Part shown: one piece after another, positions 56,222 through 64,000 of the stretch
Layout of the letters: each line of letters begins with the position of its first letter
How positions within the stretch are numbered: the stretch's first letter is position 1
Notes under the pieces: generated by a model
Told to the model about the DNA's origin: nothing
Database searches by the model: none
Seen by the model: the letters and a program-made list of their open reading frames with translations, nothing else
Position numbers and translations under genes: made by a program
Assembly: GCF_009914755.1 (NCBI RefSeq)
Contig: NC_060928.1
DNA: 64,000 nucleotides
Strand: one strand, 5' to 3'
From: the human T2T-CHM13v2.0 reference genome, Homo sapiens

Positions 56222-56897
56222 CTGTAATTCAAGACAGCAGAGTGGTATTTCTGTTTTTCTACCTGGATTCACACTTGGCGCAGTGCTGTAGCTCAGAAAG
56301 AAAAACTGCACATCTAAGAACCACAGTTCCAGGCAAGGTGTTGGAGGCTTTGGTCTTACAGACATGAAAAAGCTGCTTTGAACCGCTTGACGTTTTCTAC
56401 TCAGGAACCCCAAACTTGTGCCTACTGTTCTCGCTCCTTGTTAAGGCCTCCTTCTAAAGCCTCTGAGTAACATGATCTCAGCCCTCCCGAGCCTAGAGCC
56501 TAGATTCCCCCATTGCCTCACTCCTCCCACTGCCCTCACTATGCCTTGTGGGAGCCTCTCCAGGGGACACTATCTCCTGAATGCAGAATGTACCTTCACA
56601 TCTTTCAACTTTTGCTCTGAATATCCCATCCGACTACATTCTCTTTGTCTTCTTTATCATCTGTTGAAATCCTATAGATCTTTTAGGGACCAGGCTGAAT
56701 TCACAGGCTTCATTCTCCTCCAATGCATCTAATCACCTTTCCTCCTTTCTCCATACCTTTTAACACTTTGCATCCCTTTTCCCTGTCTATCTCTCTCTCT
56801 ACTTTAAATGCTCATGATCATCCTGATCCTCCCAGCACCTGTCTCTGTCTTTCCAATACTAGGCATAGCAAACAAATTGCTTAAAAATCTCACGTTA

Positions 56898-57205
<308 letters not shown>

Positions 57206-58047
57206 AAGCTCACATTAGAAATAAAAAGAAAGAGATGATGAGTTACAAGGTGAGGCATAGAATTTACATATGGATTATAGAGCTGAAAAAGAGATGGAAG
57301 TCAAGAAGTTTGGTGCATGTTCTAGGAATAAACCAAATACCAGTGGCTGTATCACAATAATGTCTTGAGGCTTCTCCACCCAGATGACACTCAAAGACTT
57401 AATATTTTATTTATTCAATTAGCCAACCAGTAACCTTTGGCAAGTTGAGGCCATTTTATAAAACCTGAACAATATGTTCATCGAATCTTTGTAATTAGGA
57501 AACTATATTTCTAAAACCAAAATAAAACCCAGAAGACTCACTCACTGTTGCATTTTCCGACATTACTAAGGAAGTAAGAAAGAAAATCACTGATAACGAT
57601 GGAAATGTTGGTCATGGAGAAAATTCCTTCTTTTTTCCCAGTCATGAATGACAACCCTGGGCACAAAGATCATGGAATCTGTGTATTTCCTTAGTACCTA
57701 GAATACTACCTGAGACATGACAGGTCTTAAGTATATGTAGAATAAATGTTTTAGGAGAAAAATTGATAAACTGTGGTTCTTAATTAAGTGTGGGTGGCAA
57801 GGCAGAGAGAGAAGTGTAGAGCAACCACCAGTTTGGAGCTGGAACAGCAGAGTGGATGTTGGAGCTGTTGATTAAAGGCATTCGTAGCAGAAAAAGCGTG
57901 GGTTCTACAGGAAAGAATGTTGGTTTGGCTTTAGATATGTGTTGAACTTATGAGAACTTTGAACCCAATAGAGATGTCTATTAGCTAATTGATTACTCAG
58001 GTCAGGAGCTTAGGAGAGAGGTGGCAACCAGAAATTAAGGCATAGTT

Positions 58048-58540
58048 CCATGGTTGCAGACTGCTAGGTCACAGGCTTGTCTAGCCAGCACAACATATTT
58101 AAATTTTTGTGTCACTTGAAAACTTTAACAAGCAAGAAGTCTTCACATAAAAATCCAGATTTTCAGCTTCTCTTTAAAAAGCTGAAGATCTAGTAAAGTT
58201 ATACCTACCTTCCCTCAAGCTAGCGAAGAGCGAGAGCTGAGAAGTGGCTGTCCCCTTACATGGAAATGTCCCCTTACATGGAAATGTCCCCTCAGTCACC
58301 ATAGAAGCTTCATTTCATGTTGTTTTCCCCATGCCAAGGGTTCCAGGTACCATTGCCATCCTGTTTGTGTGGTTATTCTTAGAGGAGAGCTAAGAAAAAT
58401 GAAATCTTTCTCTATCACATCTATCAAAAGTGGGAAAATTAAAACTACCAAGACTAGAAAAAAAAATTCTTATACTTATCTAACATCTTTGTTGTGTTGC
58501 CAGTCTAGCTTCTAAAGGCGTTCGACATTGTGACCTCTGA
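58048..58540 (+). mobile_element. hAT-Charlie DNA transposon relic (MER102/MER119-like) with an internal 18-bp tandem repeat at 58249-58292
   Basis: cacataaaaatccagattttcagcttctctttaaaaagctgaagatct; degenerate TIRs catggttgca...tgtgacctctg. Confidence 0.7.
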
Positions 58541-59684
58541 CATAGTTTCAAGAGTTGTTTGAGTTACTGTCGTGATATTCAGCTTTGAGTTTCATTGCCC
58601 AGAACCTCAGCAGCAGATGGTTCTCTCTCAGAAGAATACAGTGGTCTTGAGGTCAAGTTCTGTTCTTCATTCAGCATTTTCCTTGATGCCATTGCCAACC
58701 ATTTTTACATCCTTGTTTAAGCTGGTAGTTTATTCATAATAAAATTATATATATTGATGTTTTTCTGATTATATCAATGATGAATGCACGTTAAACTTTT
58801 GCTTGCTGGGGTAAATAAGGAAGCAGTAACAGTGAGCTAAAATTAGGTCATGCTTATTTTAGTAACTATAGGACTTGTGAACCTGTAAGAAATGTCACCT
58901 CTCTATGTGGCACAGACCAGTTTACAGAATTCTAAAACCCCTTAGATCAGTCTTCATTGCCTACTCCCAAACTTGATTCTTAGATACTTAAATAATAATA
59001 ACACCTTCTTCTAGAATCCTAAAATAAACTATCCTACCATTCTGGAAAAATAAATTTTAAAAGCCTCCTTGAGTTTAAGAATGAAGCACATCTTGCATAA
59101 GGAGGAAGCACCAAATAGCTTTGTTTAATAGATACGAACAAACAACTTACTCTACTTGGGTTCAAGACTATAATTCTGCTGCGAACTTGCTATCAGTTCT
59201 TGGATAAACTAATTAACCTTTCCATAAAATAGGGGTTAAATAATAGCTGAATAATCTACCTCTTAGAACTGTGGGAGCTAATATGTAAAGTACTTTATAA
59301 AAGCATATGACATTTTTCATATTTTGATTGTCATTTCATTTTCTGGAGATAACAAATGACATATGTTGAATCTACTTTGTGTTCAAGCCAACCTTTTGTC
59401 AGCTTCCCTTTGGTTTATTAATACTACTTTTATTGTTGAACTAAAACAGAGGCTTTTTATGGGTGTTTGATAAGAAAATATTACCAAGAAAGTTGTTTTT
59501 ACATTGAACCATTCTTTCAAATGGTCACTTTTTTAGCTTCCCCTTGTTATCTCTTAATACTGACTTTACATCTAGTATTTTGATTATTTTCCTAAAAAGT
59601 CTTCCCTTCAGAGGCTGGGAGCTAGTGCAGCTTACTAAAAGATTAAAAATAACTAACACTGCAAATAAAGTTCTGTGCTGTCAC

Positions 59685-59880
59685 CCAGGTGCTAGGAATT
59701 GGAATTGCAATGGTGCCCCCTTGCGAGGATGTTCTGTCAATGCACCTCACAGACGAATGGAGGCGATGTGTTTTTAGAGGGGGATATTCTCAGCACTAAT
59801 TTGATGTAGATGAATTCTGTGGCTCTTTATAAATGTAAGAAGCTCCCAGGTATGGCAGATGTTGACCACAATTCTCTTAA
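59685..59880 (-). pseudogene. Relic exon, MyTH4-1/FERM1 junction
   Basis: Reads TWELLTFIKSHRIHLHQI; compare MYO7A SWLELQATKSKKPIMLPV; later NILARG in a shifted frame, compare MYO15A DILRHRG; weak acceptor. Confidence 0.6.
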
Positions 59881-60539
59881 CTTAGACAACAATGCAATTA
59901 GAAGTGGACTTTTATTATAGTATTTCTGGAGTTTTCTTTGTACTCGACTGTGTCTGTAATTGGTTGCCAGGAAACGAAGTTTTTAAAATTATATTTCAAT
60001 TTGAATTTCAATTAACTTTAATAAATACATATATATGAATCCTCACTTGTCTACATGTTAGAGGGAATAATAGGCACTAATAACTATTACTTGTCCACCA
60101 AGTACAAAGCAATGGACTTCATATAAGTTTTTAAAAATATAATTTGTTATATCTATTAGATATTAACTTCCCGTTTCACTTAAAAAGAAACTGAAATTCA
60201 AAGAGGTTATTCAAATTCATGTAATAGTAAGTGACAAAGCTGGAAATCAATAAATCTTTGAGTCCTGTTAATTAAAGCAATAAAAAATATATATAAATAT
60301 GTATATGTGTATCTACTATATAGATAGTCCTCAAAAAATTTGTCATCTAAAAAGTGATAGTAAATTAAAAATCCCAGCACATCATGTTTATTGATGTGTA
60401 TAAGGTACTTTGGAAGCACTTGACCCAGACTGAGGAAACCAGGGATGGCTTCTTGCTAGAGATGACACCTGAGTTCAGATAGGAAGGATGAGGAGGAGTT
60501 CTGCGGGTAAAGTAGGAAGAAGGTAGGTTGCTCCTTTCT

Positions 60540-60597
60540 CAGGCTAAAGCCCAGATCTGTTCTATTCTGTGATTAGTACGATGAGGTGCAGGCCCAT
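60540..60597 (-). pseudogene. Relic exon fragment, MyTH4-1
   Basis: attttcgtttattag|AT; reads DGPAPHRTNHRIEQI; compare MYO7A GGPPGYAPYCEERL; donor not found. Confidence 0.4.
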
Positions 60598-61600
60598 CTA
60601 ATAAACGAAAATATGAGTCTTTTCTAAAGGATCAAAATTTGTTTCTCTCTGAGAGAAATCCAGTGATGGATAATCTATGGCTGTTCTGGAAGATCTGTGG
60701 TGTTGTTAGGAACCAGCCTCCTATCTTTCTATCGCACTATCCACATTTAAGACTTCAAGTCTAAGGGCTCCTGAAAGGTATGGAGCTCCAACCTTCACCT
60801 CCCCTGTTCAGTCCTAAGGAGGAGGAAAGGAAAGAGGCACAAAAAGAACACCCTCCAACACCAAGTCTACAACCATTTCAATGTCTTCTCCTGAGTTGCA
60901 AGCAGTACATCCACTGTCATATTGTTGGCTAAAGTACAGATATATGGCTATACCCAGTTGCAGGGGTGGCTAGAACTGTCTTTTATTGTATGCTGCAATG
61001 TGTACAATTAAAAAGTAGGAAGAAGAAAAAGGAAGAGAATAAATGAATAGGCTAGCAGCTTCCCCCAGACTCCAAATCCCACGCTTCTACACACTAGTAT
61101 TGTCCCAGGTAAAATTTTTTAGGTAATTAATAAAAGAGAATAAATGAATCATAGCAAATAAATGTCAAAGAAGAAGAAATATTTTTCAATGATCAAATGA
61201 GATATCACAACAAGAAAAACTTAGAATATGTTTGTATTTGTCTCTCTCCCTAACAATAAGAGCAACATTGAATACCTGGAGTATATCTGCCTAAAAAATA
61301 ATGTCTCAAACTTAGACATTCATTAGTAAACAAGAGGTCCTTCATTATCCAATTTGAGAAAGTATCTAAGTAAATTATTAAAAATCTGTTAATGTGAGGC
61401 TAGGCTTTTGGTGGCAACCTCAAAAACACCAACAGCTTATGTTAATATAGCTGTTTTGGTTTTAAAAAAAAAGTCACTTTCACATAATTTTTTTCTTTTT
61501 CAGAGATTTTCCAGAATATATTACCTAGTCACAACTTTCAAGCATTCTTTAAATCTTAAATACATGCCTGATAACATCTAATCGAAAAATGCAGACCCAC

Positions 61601-61683
61601 TGGAAATTTATCCAAAAAAAACAATATTTATATTTTCAGGATAGAAATCAAACTGCCAAGCCATCCCTGATGTTGAATTACAC
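61601..61683 (-). pseudogene. Relic exon, MyTH4-1 core
   Basis: ttccgtgttttag|GT; across frames reads HQGWLGSL / FYP / FFLDKF; compare MYO15A ERGWLLLAACLSGFAPSPCFNKYLLKF; donor gtgggt, with an alternative exon end at 61525. Confidence 0.55.
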
Positions 61684-61775
61684 CTAAAACACGGAATCTG
61701 AAAACATGCATGTGCTAAGTGTATAATCATTTAAGTCACTAATGAGGGCAGGACTGCCTGCAAGGTGTCTAAAAC

Positions 61776-61889
61776 CTGCTTTTTGACATTGGAAGCTCTG
61801 TGCGATTTTATGCCTGGCGTGAGGTTCTGCTACGTGGCCTGGTTATTCACAGCTGGAGGCGGTATCTCTCCTCAATTTATTCCTGCTTC
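61776..61889 (-). pseudogene. Relic exon, MyTH4-1
   Basis: Branch point cctaac and acceptor atttcccctcag|; across frames reads KLR / EI / LQL / NNQAT*QN; compare MYO15A LRDEILAQLANQVWHN. Confidence 0.55.
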
Positions 61890-61985
61890 CTGAGGGGAAA
61901 TGTGTTAGGTGGCCTGAGAGTCAAACTGCTGAAACGTTTTTCTTAGTGACAGATACTTTTAATAAGGTAAAAATGGCTACACATT

Positions 61986-62561
61986 TGCATTAGTTTTCTA
62001 TTGCTGGGTAAAAATTACTAGAAGCATGGAGGCTTAAAATAAAACTGATTTAGTGGCTCACGTTAATGTGTTAGAATTTTAGGACAACATGACTGGGTTC
62101 TCTACTCAGGGTATCCCAAGGCAGAAATAAGGTATCAGCTGGACTGAGTTCTCATTTGGGGGCTCTGGGAGAAAATCCAATTCCAGATTGATTCCTGGTG
62201 TTGACAGAGTTCAGTTCCTTGCAGTTGTAGGATTGAGGTTCCCATTTCCTTGCTGGCTTTCAGCCGGGGGTCACTCGGCTCCTAGAGGTCACCCTCAGTT
62301 CTGTGCCACATGATTCCCTCCATCTTTAAGCCAGCAATGATGTCTCACATCCTCCTCACACTTCCGGTTTCTAACTTCCTTACTGTGACAAGCTGGAGGA
62401 AAGTGTCTTTAAAGTGCTCATGTGATTAGGTCAGGCCAGCCCACTTGATTTTCATCATCTAATCACGAGAATAAAATCCATCCTATTCTCAGTCCCAGGG
62501 ATTATTCAGGATGTGTACCGCGGTGAGAAGTCTCGGAGGCTGTTGAGAATCTGCCTGCATA
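61986..62561 (-). mobile_element. MaLR solo LTR (MLT1E/F-like)
   Basis: tgcattagttttctattgctg...agttcagttccttgcagttgtaggattgaggttccc...gaatctgcctgc. Confidence 0.8.
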
Positions 62562-62662
62562 GCAGCTGCTCAGAACTTGGTTGGGGAGGGAATTCTAGGC
62601 TGAGAATGGCAAATCTCTCTTGGGATTTTAATTCTAACACTAATGGCAAATAGTAAATTTTC

Positions 62663-62760
62663 CTAGATAAACCGCTGCTGAAATGTCTCATTCCTGTGTT
62701 GGCAAGTATACATTCTCTACTTTTTCTGATTGCTCTGAATTAAATGAAGTTTAAAATATC
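62663..62760 (-). pseudogene. Relic exon, MyTH4-1 start
   Basis: ctttcagtccttctag|DILNFI*...SSGLS; fits MyTH4 F..Il.fmgd...gl; presumed donor reads GA rather than GT. Confidence 0.5.
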
Positions 62761-62842
62761 CTAGAAGGACTGAAAGAGATTTGCTTGAGATGGGTTGTCA
62801 CCTGGGGCTTGAGTCTAACAAAGCAGGAGATTGAGTTGTTAC

Positions 62843-62943
62843 CAATTTCCAAACGGTATCTCAAAGAGCAGTTAAATATCTGATTATCTGATTACTGGAT
62901 AAACGTCATTCCCAGAGTCCTCATATGGCACCATTTGATAAGC
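62843..62943 (-). pseudogene. Relic exon upstream of MyTH4-1
   Basis: ttttacctgctttgcag|GC...TTG|gtaaca; reads LSSNQIIRYLTAL*DTVWKL; 82-nt phase-0 intron to the next exon. Confidence 0.5.
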
Positions 62944-63065
62944 CTGCAAAGCAGGTAAAAGAAATACTTTTGTTTTAGTTTCCTTAAGGCACCCACCAGA
63001 GCCCTGAGACTAAGCTTCTACACCATGAGACCACTCCCTTCATGAGTCTCAGTTTCTGTTTGTAA

Positions 63066-63384
<319 letters not shown>

Positions 63385-63480
63385 TGTGATTTTCATTCAC
63401 TGATATTTCTGAACATGTGCATCTACAAAATCCGAAACTCAATAAACGCATAACAGACCCCTTTTAAAAAGCTACCCATT

Positions 63481-63743
<263 letters not shown>

Positions 63744-64000
63744 TTACAGTATTCTGTATTTGGTTGTAATTTCTATTGTTCTGGCATATTAGATGTCGCC
63801 TCTTTAATCTGTTGTATTTTTTCATGCAAAACTGCTTCAATATTGCATCATAATAATTTGCTCAGTTTTCCCAAGGATTGAAATGAGTGCTTTATTCTTC
63901 AACAACATATGTTTTCTGGGAAAATATATTATTCTTTTGCCTACTATTTTCATTGGTTAAAAAATACACGTAATGTTTTAAACAAAAAAACTTTTTAAAA

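Overview
Primate (human-like) AT-rich genomic DNA with no intact protein-coding gene. It is dense in Alu (J/S/Y), L1, L2, MIR, MaLR/ERV1 solo LTRs and a 4.2-kb LTR-less HERV-L internal segment, and nearly all listed ORFs are repeat-derived or spurious. The main non-repeat signal is on the minus strand from about 62.9 kb down to about 28.9 kb. About 20 colinear AG/GT-bounded exon relics translate, through stops and frameshifts, into the ordered tail of a class VII/XV-type unconventional myosin (MyTH4-FERM-SH3-MyTH4-FERM). Two of these exons are split by Alu insertions. This looks like an unprocessed, probably unitary, pseudogene of a lost MyTH4-FERM myosin paralog whose 5' part lies beyond the window end. 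More clean minus-strand exons and a polyA signal follow at 27.9-20.9 kb. The protein similarities were judged by eye against MYO7A/MYO15A sequences recalled from memory and need confirmation by alignment.
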